Counted from the stretch's first letter, positions 1 through 10,288 are shown. The stretch is DNA of 64,000 bases from an uncultured Bdellovibrionales bacterium (GCA_964491155.1 CAZBFG010000001.1:4604-68603); one strand, 5' to 3'. Program-made: numbers and translations. The notes: a model not told the origin generated them from the sequence alone.

Positions 1-1057
1 GGATTCTTTCCGCGGCAATCCGTCCGAGCGCCACTACTTCATCGCTTCGATTCACATAGTAGGCCAGTTCTTTCTTCAGGCCATCCACATCTTTGACGGA
101 GAAAAAGGCACCAGTATTGGCCACAGCTTCCCTGTGCGGTTCGATATCACTCACCAAAGGCATGAGGCCGTGCCCCATCGCCTCCAAAAGCGCCAGGGAC
201 AAGCCCTCCTGTTCTGATGGCTGGACATAGAGGTAGGCATGTGAATAGAGCGTCTCCATGGCTCTCCCGGTTCGTTCGCCCGCAAACACAATGTTCGAGC
301 GCCCTTCTGCCAAGTGCCTCAAAAACTTTTCATAGTCAGGTGTATCGGCATGAGCACCCACGATTACCAATTTGAAATTGTTGGGAATACGATTAGTGTC
401 TTCCAATTCTTTAAAGGCTTTGATCAGATAGTGCGTTCCCTTGTGCGGAACCAAGCGATGAACTGCCAAGAGATACCGTTTTGAACGGAGTCCCAATTCT
501 GTCAGCGTTTCCGTGTTCTCCTCAAAAGCTACTTCGGCTCCACTGGGGATAAAAACCACATCCGTACCATAGGACTCCTTGGCGTATTCAATAAGTGTTT
601 CGCTCGAAACAATCGTCCGCTCAGGTATGCGACAGGTAGCATACTCAGCCATACGAAGAAATAAACGGGCAAAAAATCCCCATTTCTTGTGAGTATAATC
701 CCGGCTGTGAAAGGTGGCTACGACACGGGCCTTCGGCTTGAACAGTCTCGGGAGAACCGACAAAATACTCGGGCCAATGGACTGAAAATGAATGATGTCG
801 TACGAAACAAACAGCGCATGCACGGTCGCACACAGTGCGTGCGTGATAGCATCGAGGTGCTTGGTGTGAATACTCGGCGCATGTACCAGTTTCACGCCCT
901 GAAACTCATGAAGTGTCACGGGTGTATAGTGCGAACGCACATAAACCGTCACGTCGTGCCCCTGAGCTGCCAAACGAGTTGCCAGTTTTTCGACATGCTT
1001 TTCCACCCCACCAGAAAGAGCGGGGATTCCTTTCTGACCGATAAATGCGATCTTCAT
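1..1057 (-). CDS. GT4-family glycosyltransferase; its C-terminus is truncated by the window edge, and its ATG is at 1055-1057
   Basis: Reverse-strand translation reads MKIAFIGQKGIPALSGGVEKHVEKLA...EQEGLSLALLEAMGHG, the typical GT4/GT1 N-terminal and EX7E region; the ORF track misses it because it runs off the window. Confidence 0.8.
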   Translation of the reverse strand, partial: MKIAFIGQKGIPALSGGVEKHVEKLATRLAAQGHDVTVYVRSHYTPVTLHEFQGVKLVHAPSIHTKHLDAITHALCATVHALFVSYDIIHFQSIGPSILSVLPRLFKPKARVVATFHSRDYTHKKWGFFARLFLRMAEYATCRIPERTIVSSETLIEYAKESYGTDVVFIPSGAEVAFEENTETLTELGLRSKRYLLAVHRLVPHKGTHYLIKAFKELEDTNRIPNNFKLVIVGAHADTPDYEKFLRHLAEGRSNIVFAGERTGRAMETLYSHAYLYVQPSEQEGLSLALLEAMGHGLMPLVSDIEPHREAVANTGAFFSVKDVDGLKKELAYYVNRSDEVVALGRIAAERI

Positions 1058-1097
1058 AGGATGATATATCATGAACGAACTTCGAACTCGAAATCGA

Positions 1098-2114
1098 TTA
1101 GAAACCACGGAGGACTGGAGAGGTAGCACCGACATGATTTCCTTCGAGACGGTTGTCATTGACTCCTGTACCTAAAATGATACCACCAAATGACTTGAGA
1201 CCATTCGCTGTACGCGCCATGCGAGCGACACCGTAGCGGCCGTTCCCGACCAGCTGTGCTTTCTTCAAGCCGACATTACCGGCAGCACCATAGGCATTGA
1301 CCTCAACACCTTCGCGTTTGTTGTTTCTGATACTGTTTGATTTGGTCCAAACAGAAGCGCCATCAAGAACTACCTTGATACCACTTCCACCATTGCTGTT
1401 GATACGATTCCCTTCAAACCAGGCTTCCATACCGGCTGCCAAATCGATACCGTCACTTTTGTTGGTATGAATGTTACTATTGATAATAACGATGTCGCGC
1501 TTTTCAGAATAAATACCGGCACGGGCGCTTCCTCGCACTTCGACAGCGTCAATCAGTGCGCGGTGTTTCTTGTCGCGCTTGGCGGCATCAATATGGATAC
1601 CATCACGATTACTGTTTTTTACGGTCACTTTGTAAATCTTGGCTTTGGCATCGTCCTCGATACGCACACCATGGCGACCGCCTTCAACCGTCAAAAAGTT
1701 CAGTTCTGTCTGATGCTTCATAGTGACGGTCGGCTTGTCGCCGTTGGTCGACTTGATGACCACATCACCAATATCTTTTTTCTTACCAAAAAGTTTCACG
1801 CCCTTTGGAAGCGTAATATTTTCTTTGTAAGTTCCTTTGGCAATATGAATATCAGTTCCCTCTTTGGCATTCTTGAGGGCCTTACCGATGCTGCGATAGG
1901 GATGATTGGACGTTCCTTCCTCGGAACCCTTGGCATCCTTATCAACATACACTTGCTTGCTCCCACCAAAAACAATAAGTGGGGCAGCGATTAAAAATGT
2001 AAAAGCAAAACCGAGAATTACCTCTCTTTTAAGCCAAAAGTTGCGAACCTGCATAGGGATAAAATCATGAATTTTTAGACCTTGTATCTTATCAAATTTT
2101 AGGCTTTTTGTCAA
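1098..2114 (-). CDS. Secreted or membrane-anchored right-handed parallel beta-helix repeat protein (pectate-lyase or NosD-like fold)
   Basis: N-terminal hydrophobic anchor; repeated ~22-aa G/N/I-rich turns (GNRINSNGGSGIKV, NSNIHTNKSDGIDL). The start at 2114 is TTG and an alternative ATG lies at 2054. Confidence 0.55.
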   Translation of the reverse strand: MTKSLKFDKIQGLKIHDFIPMQVRNFWLKREVILGFAFTFLIAAPLIVFGGSKQVYVDKDAKGSEEGTSNHPYRSIGKALKNAKEGTDIHIAKGTYKENITLPKGVKLFGKKKDIGDVVIKSTNGDKPTVTMKHQTELNFLTVEGGRHGVRIEDDAKAKIYKVTVKNSNRDGIHIDAAKRDKKHRALIDAVEVRGSARAGIYSEKRDIVIINSNIHTNKSDGIDLAAGMEAWFEGNRINSNGGSGIKVVLDGASVWTKSNSIRNNKREGVEVNAYGAAGNVGLKKAQLVGNGRYGVARMARTANGLKSFGGIILGTGVNDNRLEGNHVGATSPVLRGF

Positions 2115-2181
2115 GAGAGGGGTTTTGCGGTAAAATTATGTTAGTCAAGCCATAAATCCTGGATTATTTAAGATATTTTCT

Positions 2182-4284
2182 ATGAATCTCGCCCCTTTGT
2201 TTTCTCCTCGCTCTATCGCTGTCATCGGTGCCTCGACCAAACCAGGAAGTGTCGGCAATACACTGACAGAAAACTTGCTCCGCTACGGTTACACCGGAAA
2301 AGTCTATCCGATCAATCCAAAAGCCACAACACTTTTTGACCTCCCCTGCTTCGCCAGTATTCACGACATCAAAGAAGCAATAGACCTGGCCATCATCATT
2401 ATCCCCGCTGCTTTGGTGCCACAGGCTCTGCGCGAAGTCGGTGAAAAAGAAATCAAGGCTGCTATCATCATCTCGGCCGGTTTCAAAGAAACAGGTGCGG
2501 CTGGTGCTACTCTCGAAAATGAACTCTGCGAGATTGCAGAAGAATATGGCATTGCCCTCCTTGGTCCAAACTGTCTCGGATTTATTCATCCCAAGCTTGG
2601 ACTCAATGCTTCTTTTGCCAGTGGCATGCCAAAGCAAGGATCGGTGGCTTTTTTTTCTCAAAGCGGTGCGCTCTGTACTGCCCTCCTCGACCTCACTGCC
2701 GAAAAAGTAGGATTTTCCGCCTTTGTCAGTGATGGCAACAAAGCCATCTTGAACGAAAATCATTTTCTTCGTCACTTTGCTGCCGATGAAGAAACAAACG
2801 TCATCGGCTTTTATTCCGAAGGCCTGATCAATGCTCCCGAGGTCATCGCGACTGGGCGCGGTATCCTGGCTCGACCGGAGGCCAAACCAATCATTGCTCT
2901 CAAATCGGGTACTACCTCTGCTGGAACTGCTGCCTCCAGTTCTCATACGGGCGCCCTGGCCGGGAGCGATGCTGCCTATCAGGCTCTCTTTACCCAGGCT
3001 CGTATCATCCGCGCCAGTTCTCTCAAGCACCTCGCCGAGCTCCTCACAGTCTTTTCACAAAATCCACTCCCTCAGGGGAAAAATATCGCCATCCTCACCA
3101 ATGCCGGAGGCCTGGGAGTACTCGCTACGGACGCTGCCGAAAAACACGGACTCAAACTCGCAACCCTCTCCCCTGAAACCACCGCGCGCTTGGATGTCTT
3201 GCCGCCATCGGCTTCACGAAAAAATCCTGTTGATGTCCTCGGTGATGCACTGGCTGATCGCTATCGTCTAGCCCTCGAAGCCCTGGCCGTGGATACACAA
3301 GTAGATATGATATTGGTTATTGTCACACCACAAACCGTGACTCAAGCCAAAGAAACAGCCGAAGCCATTGCTGATACCAAAAAGCACTGTGCCAAACCCA
3401 TCGTCGCTATTTTTGCTGGTGCGGCAGCATTCACTGACGGCTTTCCTATACTCAAGAATAACAACATTGCCACACTGACTTATCCAGAAGATGGTGCTCG
3501 GGCACTGGCAGCGCTCGCCCAGATAGCGGCCTGGCGAAAACAATCCATGCCTACGCCTTTTTCACTCGATGCGCTTGATACAAAAAAAGCGCGAACTATC
3601 ATTGATAGCGCACGAGAAGAGGAGCGCACTACCCTCTACGAAACAGAAGTCTGGGACATACTCTCAGCCTATGGCTTTCAGTTTCTCCGGAGCCACGCCG
3701 TAAAGAGCAAAGAAGAAGCTCTCGAAGCCGCCAAGAGCTTCACCGGAAAACTCGCCATGAAAATCATCTCACCAGATATCACCCACAAATCTGATGCTGG
3801 CGGTGTTTTGCTTAATATAGAGCCACAAGAAGCGGATGTGAAATACGACGAACTCATGGCTCGCGTGACCGAGCGAGTTCCAAGCGCTACACTCGAAGGA
3901 GCGCTCATAGTAGAAATGGCCGAAACCGGTGGCCGTGAAATTATTCTCGGGATGAAAGAAGAACCGGGCCTCGGCAAACTCCTCATGGCCGGTCTCGGCG
4001 GTATCTTTGTCGAAACATTCAAAGATGTGGCCTTTCGTTTTGCGCCACTGACAGAAGAAGATGCCCACGAGATGCTCCATGAGCTCAAGAGTCTACCCCT
4101 CCTCGAGGGCGCCCGTGGACAAGATGGCGTCGATATCCCTACCATCGTCACGGCACTCGGCCGTCTCTCACAACTCGTCACAGACTTCCCGGAAATAGCT
4201 GAACTCGATATCAACCCCCTTCTCTCGTTCAAAGAACCAACCCGCTTCCGTGTCCTTGATGCCCGCATCACACTGAAAAAATAG
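2182..4284 (+). CDS. Acetate--CoA ligase (ADP-forming) / acyl-CoA synthetase (NDP-forming), alpha and beta domains fused
   Basis: 700 aa; N-terminal CoA-binding Rossmann motif (SIAVIGASTKPGSVGN), a succinyl-CoA-synthetase-like middle domain and a C-terminal ATP-grasp domain. Confidence 0.8.
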   Translation: MNLAPLFSPRSIAVIGASTKPGSVGNTLTENLLRYGYTGKVYPINPKATTLFDLPCFASIHDIKEAIDLAIIIIPAALVPQALREVGEKEIKAAIIISAGFKETGAAGATLENELCEIAEEYGIALLGPNCLGFIHPKLGLNASFASGMPKQGSVAFFSQSGALCTALLDLTAEKVGFSAFVSDGNKAILNENHFLRHFAADEETNVIGFYSEGLINAPEVIATGRGILARPEAKPIIALKSGTTSAGTAASSSHTGALAGSDAAYQALFTQARIIRASSLKHLAELLTVFSQNPLPQGKNIAILTNAGGLGVLATDAAEKHGLKLATLSPETTARLDVLPPSASRKNPVDVLGDALADRYRLALEALAVDTQVDMILVIVTPQTVTQAKETAEAIADTKKHCAKPIVAIFAGAAAFTDGFPILKNNNIATLTYPEDGARALAALAQIAAWRKQSMPTPFSLDALDTKKARTIIDSAREEERTTLYETEVWDILSAYGFQFLRSHAVKSKEEALEAAKSFTGKLAMKIISPDITHKSDAGGVLLNIEPQEADVKYDELMARVTERVPSATLEGALIVEMAETGGREIILGMKEEPGLGKLLMAGLGGIFVETFKDVAFRFAPLTEEDAHEMLHELKSLPLLEGARGQDGVDIPTIVTALGRLSQLVTDFPEIAELDINPLLSFKEPTRFRVLDARITLKK

Positions 4285-4349
4285 AGTAAAGAAAAAACAG
4301 CCGACCGTTGTTGCGGGAGACTGCTCTATAAAAATTCGCTCGCAGGCGT

Positions 4350-4862
4350 TCAGGTTCCCAGGGTGCTATGTTTCACTGTTTGCCTGATGATCGAGTCCCT
4401 CACTCGCTCAAAGTGCTGCCTGGAAAAGCTCCGAAGGACCACTCCGACTTCCAGCGGTGTTTGCAAGACGCTCACCGGTGGACGTAGTCCCTTGTCGCCA
4501 AACCACAAAGGAACAGACCCGCACTCAACCCGAAAGTTCGGGGTCTTCCGGTTTTGGAGCACCATAACCTCGCACTTTGCCAAGTGTTCCCGACTGTAAC
4601 CAACCGGCATGGGCACAAGATGCGGAGCAACCTCTTGTTGCAGATCGGCCATCAGCTTCCGCACCCGCTTCGGTTCTTTCCCACCCGGGATAACAAAATC
4701 CACCGGGACATAGATATCCTCTGCCACACCATCCTTGGGGACATACGTGACCGCCAAGTCCGTGGTAGCACCATGCGCGAAACTGCCAATGGCACCAACG
4801 GCCAAAATGGCCAGAGCGAGAATCGCCCAGCCGAGTACCCGCAGAAAAACACCATTCTTCAT
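4350..4862 (-). CDS. Hypothetical exported or membrane protein, in high-GC cassette 1
   Basis: N-terminal hydrophobic segment (WAILALAILAVGAIGSFAHG); the local GC is clearly higher than in the flanking genes; no recognisable domain. Confidence 0.5.
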   Translation of the reverse strand: MKNGVFLRVLGWAILALAILAVGAIGSFAHGATTDLAVTYVPKDGVAEDIYVPVDFVIPGGKEPKRVRKLMADLQQEVAPHLVPMPVGYSREHLAKCEVMVLQNRKTPNFRVECGSVPLWFGDKGLRPPVSVLQTPLEVGVVLRSFSRQHFERVRDSIIRQTVKHSTLGT

Positions 4863-4928
4863 GTCACCCTCCTCAGGGTTGGTTTTGAAACAACTGAACC
4901 ACTTAGAGGCGAGGCCTCTAAGTTGACC

Positions 4929-5933
4929 TTACACTACCTTGTTCCATTTTAGGAACCTTGCGATGTACATGTCAAACCAATGCGTACGAACCGTTGGTTC
5001 ATGTGCGTATTTTTCTTTCAGGTAGGCATAAGTTTTTTCCAAACCTACCTCCAAGCTCGTCATAGGATAAAAACCAAATTCTTCGTTGGCTCGACCGATG
5101 TCGAGCACGATTTTTTGCACATCAAACGGACGCTTTTCCAAACGCTTGATACGGGGCATCGACTGAGTAGTTTTTGATAACATCAGTACCAATTCAAAAA
5201 GAGCAACTCCTCGACCGCTCCCGACATTATAGGTCGAGTTCTTGTGCTGTTCGGAAAAATTTTCAGCAATAAAGCTCGTCACATCCTTCACATAAACATA
5301 GTCACGCACCGTGTTACCATACAAATCAAGCGGCTCGTGCTTCATCATATGTTTCATAAAGATCGGAATTGCCCCCTGAATACCATTGGGATCCTGACGT
5401 TCACCATAGGGATTAGCAATGCGATAAATAACAAATGATAATCCATGCTGCCGACGGTAAAAATGCAAATGCTCTTCAATAGCAAGTTTGGTCACGGCAT
5501 ATGGTGACATAGGACGAGCCTGTGTTGTCTCACTAGCTACTTCTTCCAGAGCATTACCATACACGGCACCACCAGATGAAGGATAGATAATTTTTTTCAC
5601 GCCATGTTTCACGCACAGATCAAGGAGCTGGAGTGTACTCTCCAGGTTAAGTTTGATTTCTTTCTGTGGATCATTGGCCGTCGAAGCGGGCGTGCTGAGT
5701 GAAACGAAATGAAAAACATAATCGACACCCTTAAGGGCACGTGACACGTGCCACTTATTAAGGAAATTGCCTTTGTAAAATTCAATTTTTCCCTTGAGAT
5801 GTTTCAAATTCTTGATCCGTCCTTTTTGGAAACGATCAAACACGCGGACATCGTAACCACGAGCCACAAGATCGTCTATCAGATGACTCCCGAGGAACCC
5901 ATCCCCGCCGAGTACCAGACATTTCTTTGCCAT
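4929..5933 (-). CDS. NAD-dependent epimerase/dehydratase (UDP-sugar 4-epimerase-like, SDR family)
   Basis: Begins MAKKCLVLGGDGFLGSHL (a GxxGxxG motif) and has a YxxxK region; the track start at 5939 is TTG and the ATG at 5933 is preferred. Confidence 0.8.
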   Translation of the reverse strand: MAKKCLVLGGDGFLGSHLIDDLVARGYDVRVFDRFQKGRIKNLKHLKGKIEFYKGNFLNKWHVSRALKGVDYVFHFVSLSTPASTANDPQKEIKLNLESTLQLLDLCVKHGVKKIIYPSSGGAVYGNALEEVASETTQARPMSPYAVTKLAIEEHLHFYRRQHGLSFVIYRIANPYGERQDPNGIQGAIPIFMKHMMKHEPLDLYGNTVRDYVYVKDVTSFIAENFSEQHKNSTYNVGSGRGVALFELVLMLSKTTQSMPRIKRLEKRPFDVQKIVLDIGRANEEFGFYPMTSLEVGLEKTYAYLKEKYAHEPTVRTHWFDMYIARFLKWNKVV

Positions 5934-6007
5934 ATACAAAAACCCGATTGAAAGTTAACGGGTCATCATACACTGTTTTTTGTATTTTGTCAAGTGTCAG
6001 AAAGTGA

Positions 6008-7234
6008 CTATTTTTTGGCTTGTATAAGGGAAGAATAGAGGTCGAGAATGGCCTTGAGATAGGTATGTTCGTCAAGCGACAAAACACTGCTCCGAGCATT
6101 TTCTTGCAAAGTTATTATTGGGACAGTCTGTAAAAATTGTATTTTTTCGGCCAAATCATGAGCATCACCCGGAGTAAAGAGAAGTCCATTGAAACTATCC
6201 TGTACCCGCTCCGGTAAACTCCCCACTCGTGCCGCAATGACCGGCGTCCCCGAGGCCAGTGTCTCAAGGAGTGCGTAGGGCGTGTTTTCGTACCACTCTG
6301 ATGGCACCACCACCGCTCTTGCTGGCAGGAGAATTTTTTGCAGTTCATCACCGTACATCGGACCATGAAAAATCACCCTGTTCTCCAATGCCAGTTCTTT
6401 CGTCAATTGTTTCAAGCGTTCTTCCTCCGGACCAAACCCGACAACAGAAAGTGTCTCGCTATTATGCAATTCAACAAAAGCGCGAATAAGTGTAGCAATC
6501 CCTTTTTCAGCTGACAAACGCCCAAAGTATAAAAAGTTTTTCCCTGTTTTTTCCGGCAACGGTGCTGCCACATCCGGCAGTGGTACTAGCGGCTGTGGCA
6601 AAAGCATGATTGGATAAGGAAACCCCAACCGCTTATACGTATCGATGAGAAACTGACTGAGTCCAATATAGGCATCTACTTTCCCATAGGTACCAAGGAA
6701 ATCATGCAGCCATTTTTCTATGGCACACACCAAGCTTTTTCCAAAAGAATCCTTGACACAACGGTCAGCGAGACAGCGCCATCCCGAGCCGTATTCCCAA
6801 ATCTTGCCTCGTACAAAGAGACTGTAATTAGGCGAAGCCAACTTGTAATCACAGAGTGTCATTACGATAGGTACACCATGTTTTTTAAGTGCCCAGATGA
6901 TCGATGGTGAGAGCTGATGATACGTCACAAAAAGATGTGCCACATCTGGTTTGAATTCAGCTATCAGGGATTCCAGATTGCGCTTGGCCTCCGGATTCCA
7001 GATAATGTTGCGCGCCACCTTCAGTTTTTGCCACAGCGTGAGATGGTTGGCTTCTTCGTAATCCACCTGCTCCACAAAATACTTACTCCACTCGGTCGGT
7101 TCATTTTTGGGATGCGCCATAGCAAAAAAAGCCACCTCGTGACCCTGGGCTCGGAGCAATTTGGCTGTATCAAAATACAGACGCTGCGGACCAGCATACT
7201 GACGGTGATATTTGTCGATCAGGAGAACGCGCAT
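6008..7234 (-). CDS. GT4-family glycosyltransferase
   Basis: Begins MRVLLIDKY with a Glyco_trans_4-like N-terminal half; the C-terminal half has FGRLSAEKG...EWYENTPYALLETLASGTPVIA, a GT1 signature. Confidence 0.8.
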   Translation of the reverse strand: MRVLLIDKYHRQYAGPQRLYFDTAKLLRAQGHEVAFFAMAHPKNEPTEWSKYFVEQVDYEEANHLTLWQKLKVARNIIWNPEAKRNLESLIAEFKPDVAHLFVTYHQLSPSIIWALKKHGVPIVMTLCDYKLASPNYSLFVRGKIWEYGSGWRCLADRCVKDSFGKSLVCAIEKWLHDFLGTYGKVDAYIGLSQFLIDTYKRLGFPYPIMLLPQPLVPLPDVAAPLPEKTGKNFLYFGRLSAEKGIATLIRAFVELHNSETLSVVGFGPEEERLKQLTKELALENRVIFHGPMYGDELQKILLPARAVVVPSEWYENTPYALLETLASGTPVIAARVGSLPERVQDSFNGLLFTPGDAHDLAEKIQFLQTVPIITLQENARSSVLSLDEHTYLKAILDLYSSLIQAKK

Positions 7235-7291
7235 ATTTTGACTTTTTGGCTTAGTAATGGCATTATACAATAAAGTACCACTGAAAACAAT

Positions 7292-7954
7292 ATGATTTCT
7301 GTTATCGACAAAATTGCCTACGCCATATCAGCACGTAGTCGGGAACGCAAATTTTCCCAATTTCTCTCACTCATCATGCCACGAGAGCACGAGTCCATCA
7401 TCGATGTCGGAGTCAATACCACTGAGTACTCTGCTACCGACAACTACCTCGAAAAACACTATTCCCATCCGGAAAACATTACTGCAGTCGGACTCGGTAC
7501 CGACGAGGAAATCACTACTTTCCAAACTCGCTACCCACTCGTCACAACACAAGCCGGTGATGGACGCTCACTCTCCTTTCCTGACAACGCTTTTGATATT
7601 GCCTACTCCAACGCTGTCATCGAACATGTGGGGAATTTTGATGATCAACGCCGCTTTCTCTCCGAACTCTATCGAGTAAGCCGCCGTGGCTACCTCACTA
7701 CTCCCAACCGTCTCTTTCCTATCGAGCTCCACACTCGTATTCCGCTCCTACATCTCCTCCTGTCCAAGAAAAATTTCGACGTTTTTGTCACCAAAATCGG
7801 CAAACCCTGGGCGGCTGGTGACTATATGTCCCTCCTCTCAGAATCTGACCTCCACAGACTCTTTTCCCAGGCCGGTATAAGACACTACACGCTCGTCAAA
7901 AACCGCTTGTGTGGCCTTCCTATGACCTTCACAGTGATTTGGCACAAAGAGTAA
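7292..7954 (+). CDS. Class I SAM-dependent methyltransferase
   Basis: Methyltransf_11-like motifs (IIDVGVN, FPDNAFDIAYSNAVIEHV). Confidence 0.7.
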   Translation: MISVIDKIAYAISARSRERKFSQFLSLIMPREHESIIDVGVNTTEYSATDNYLEKHYSHPENITAVGLGTDEEITTFQTRYPLVTTQAGDGRSLSFPDNAFDIAYSNAVIEHVGNFDDQRRFLSELYRVSRRGYLTTPNRLFPIELHTRIPLLHLLLSKKNFDVFVTKIGKPWAAGDYMSLLSESDLHRLFSQAGIRHYTLVKNRLCGLPMTFTVIWHKE

Positions 7955-8000
7955 ATCCATTCGACATCCGCCGGCTGGCGGATCAGGGCAAACAAACGAC

Positions 8001-9371
8001 ATGAACCATCCTATTATCGACAATACGCTCAAGAATTCCCTGCTGTGGATTTTTCTTGCTCTTATCGTAACTATTGGCATCGCCAGTTCTTTTTTTCTTC
8101 ACTTTTCACCATTATTACCCTTCCTTCTTGCTTTTGGAATCCTCTCTCTCATACTCGCCTTTCGAGCGCCTCTCCTCCTTCTTTTTGGTCTCATTATCGT
8201 CCGCATGTCACTCGACTACTCCTCGCAGTATGTCAGTGTTTCATTCTACAACATCACACTCTCCTTCTCACAGCTCCTCGGAGTCGGTATCGCGCTCTTG
8301 GGTGTCGTCATCCTCATTCTCAAACGCCAGCACCTGTTCCGCTACCCGCTCTTCTTTCCGTTTTTTCTCCTGCTCTTTTGGGGGAGCACGACGCTCTTGT
8401 ACTCATTGTCCCCCACGGATACCCTCCAGGAGCTACTCCGTATCTTTGACCTCTTTACGCTAGGCTTTCTCGCCTACGCCACCATCCGTGATACAGCAGA
8501 CTTCAAACATCTCCTCCAAGCCTTTTTTGTCTCGAGCATCCTTCCCATACTCTTTGGCCTCTACCAATACGCTTTTCACATCGGTCTCTCCGACCAAAAC
8601 GTTTCCATTCTCCGCATCTTTGGTACGTTTAGTCATCCCAACGTCTATTCACTCTACCTCTTTGCACTCATCGTTTTCGGAGGCCTCTACCTGGTCCTGT
8701 TTGCAGACAGCGGCATCCGACGTATCATCACAGCCGGCCTCGTCGCTATTTTCACTACCGTACTCGTCCTCACGTTTGCACGCGTGGCCTGGATAGCACT
8801 CTTCGTCTTTGTTTTCCTCATGGCACTCTTGCGCTATCGACTCCTCCTCTTTCCTCTCTTTCTCATTCCCTTTGTGCTCTATGTTTTTTCTCCCAGCTTT
8901 GCAGAACGCATCAACGAAAGTTTTCATTCCGATCCGGACAGTTCGCTCCTCTGGCGTCAAACACTCTGGGCAGATGTCACTCGTCATTCGCTCCAAGAAG
9001 ACCGCTTGCTTCTCGGTGCCGGTATGGATACGTTTCCCAAGGTCTCCGAAAGTGTCCGTGGTACCAATAACGGCCCCAACGATCCACACAATGATTTCGT
9101 CAAGTTCTTTGTGGAGGGCGGATTGGTTGGACTTGGCATCTTTTTCCTTTACCTCTTCTCACTCGGATATCTTCTTATAAAAAAGTATCGCCAAGCTCGT
9201 CCCGGCAGTGCCCTTCGCTTGGCCTTCGGCGTCATGTTTGTTTTCTTCCTCACGCTCGAACTCTCAGCCCTCACCGACAACATATTCAAAAACACTCCCG
9301 TCCAGTGGCTCTTCTTCACCGCCCTCGGCGCCCTCTTGGCTCTCTCGGAACAAAAAAAGAAGCTCGCTTGA
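8001..9371 (+). CDS. O-antigen ligase / Wzy-like polymerase family membrane protein
   Basis: 456 aa with about 10-12 TM helices and a periplasmic loop of Wzy_C type (FGTFSHPNVYSLYL...RVAWIALFVF). Confidence 0.7.
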   Translation: MNHPIIDNTLKNSLLWIFLALIVTIGIASSFFLHFSPLLPFLLAFGILSLILAFRAPLLLLFGLIIVRMSLDYSSQYVSVSFYNITLSFSQLLGVGIALLGVVILILKRQHLFRYPLFFPFFLLLFWGSTTLLYSLSPTDTLQELLRIFDLFTLGFLAYATIRDTADFKHLLQAFFVSSILPILFGLYQYAFHIGLSDQNVSILRIFGTFSHPNVYSLYLFALIVFGGLYLVLFADSGIRRIITAGLVAIFTTVLVLTFARVAWIALFVFVFLMALLRYRLLLFPLFLIPFVLYVFSPSFAERINESFHSDPDSSLLWRQTLWADVTRHSLQEDRLLLGAGMDTFPKVSESVRGTNNGPNDPHNDFVKFFVEGGLVGLGIFFLYLFSLGYLLIKKYRQARPGSALRLAFGVMFVFFLTLELSALTDNIFKNTPVQWLFFTALGALLALSEQKKKLA

Positions 9372-9391
9372 GCTTCAAAGTGGTATTCGGA

Positions 9392-9434
9392 TAAAAAAAG
9401 AAGGGGCCGGAACGCTGTTGCGTCCTGACCCCTT
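9392..9434 (-). terminator. Putative intrinsic terminator downstream of 9458-10279
   Basis: On the minus strand, a GC stem (aagggg...cccctt) is followed by ctttttttat. Confidence 0.4.
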
Positions 9435-9457
9435 TGTCGATACTGAAGTGTCTGGCG

Positions 9458-10279
9458 TCAGTTCCAGTAAGCCCGAGGGACTCGGATGGTGACGTACTTG
9501 CCACCCGTGTCGCCGACCCATTCGGACATCCACGACTCGCAGTTGTTGGCCGGGTAAGGGCTCCGGTTCTTCTCGCTCTTCGGATCCTCACAGTGCAGGT
9601 CGAACCCGCTGTAGGCATTGTCCATGCCGCGCCACCAGTCGAGGCCGACTTGCAGCCTGGCCGGACCAACGATCGCGACTTCCATCTCCACCAGATAGCG
9701 GGCGTCCCGTTTGTTGTCCAGGCGCCGCCCGGTCCAGTTGTGGAAAAGACGACGAGCGACTTTGCCCGGAAAGACATTGTAGACCCCGCCTTCGTAGTCG
9801 TAGACAAGGTCATTTTCGCCTGTTCCGTCGGTCTCGCCGTACCACTTCTCGACCTCATGACCGCGCGCAGTCATCTGGATCCGCGGAAAAATCCCACCTG
9901 CATCCACGTTTTCTTCACTCGTAGCATTGAACGTGATGGTCTGAAGCAGCCGTTTCGGACTGTTCTTGCCACGCTGTTCGTAGACTTTCCACGAGCGAAT
10001 CGAGACACGAGATGCGCCTCCTGTGTCACAGGGAACAGCGTTTACCACCGTGATGTGACTGATGGCCGCATGAAAGTTCGGTGGCGGCGTTTCCCGACCG
10101 GGATGGTGGTGCTCATTCTTCCAGATGGCACCCGACGGCACCAACGGTAGATTGTTCACTGGTGTCCCCGGAGCACATGGTTTGGTAACCGGGTTTTGTG
10201 CCCACAGTGACGATGAGCACAAGAGCCAGACGATGGCCAAAAAAAACCTCAATGCTTTCGTCACTTGGACTCCTTTCAT
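9458..10279 (-). CDS. Secreted hypothetical protein (high-GC island)
   Basis: Signal peptide MKGVQVTKALRFFLAIVWLLCSSSLWAQ; an AAGGAG ribosome-binding site; about 60% GC. Confidence 0.6.
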   Translation of the reverse strand: MKGVQVTKALRFFLAIVWLLCSSSLWAQNPVTKPCAPGTPVNNLPLVPSGAIWKNEHHHPGRETPPPNFHAAISHITVVNAVPCDTGGASRVSIRSWKVYEQRGKNSPKRLLQTITFNATSEENVDAGGIFPRIQMTARGHEVEKWYGETDGTGENDLVYDYEGGVYNVFPGKVARRLFHNWTGRRLDNKRDARYLVEMEVAIVGPARLQVGLDWWRGMDNAYSGFDLHCEDPKSEKNRSPYPANNCESWMSEWVGDTGGKYVTIRVPRAYWN

Positions 10280-10288
10280 CAGTTAAGT

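Noticed and set aside
8045-8463. Many plus/minus shadow ORFs embedded antisense or out-of-frame in large genes (for example 8045-8449, 8074-8463, 12304-13062, 35458-36009, 51365-52249, 61105-62007)
   Set aside because: These lie wholly inside well-supported genes on the opposite strand or in another frame. Their composition is low-complexity or Ser/Arg-rich, with no ribosome-binding site or domain signature. They are typical ORF-finder artefacts in regions around 50% GC.
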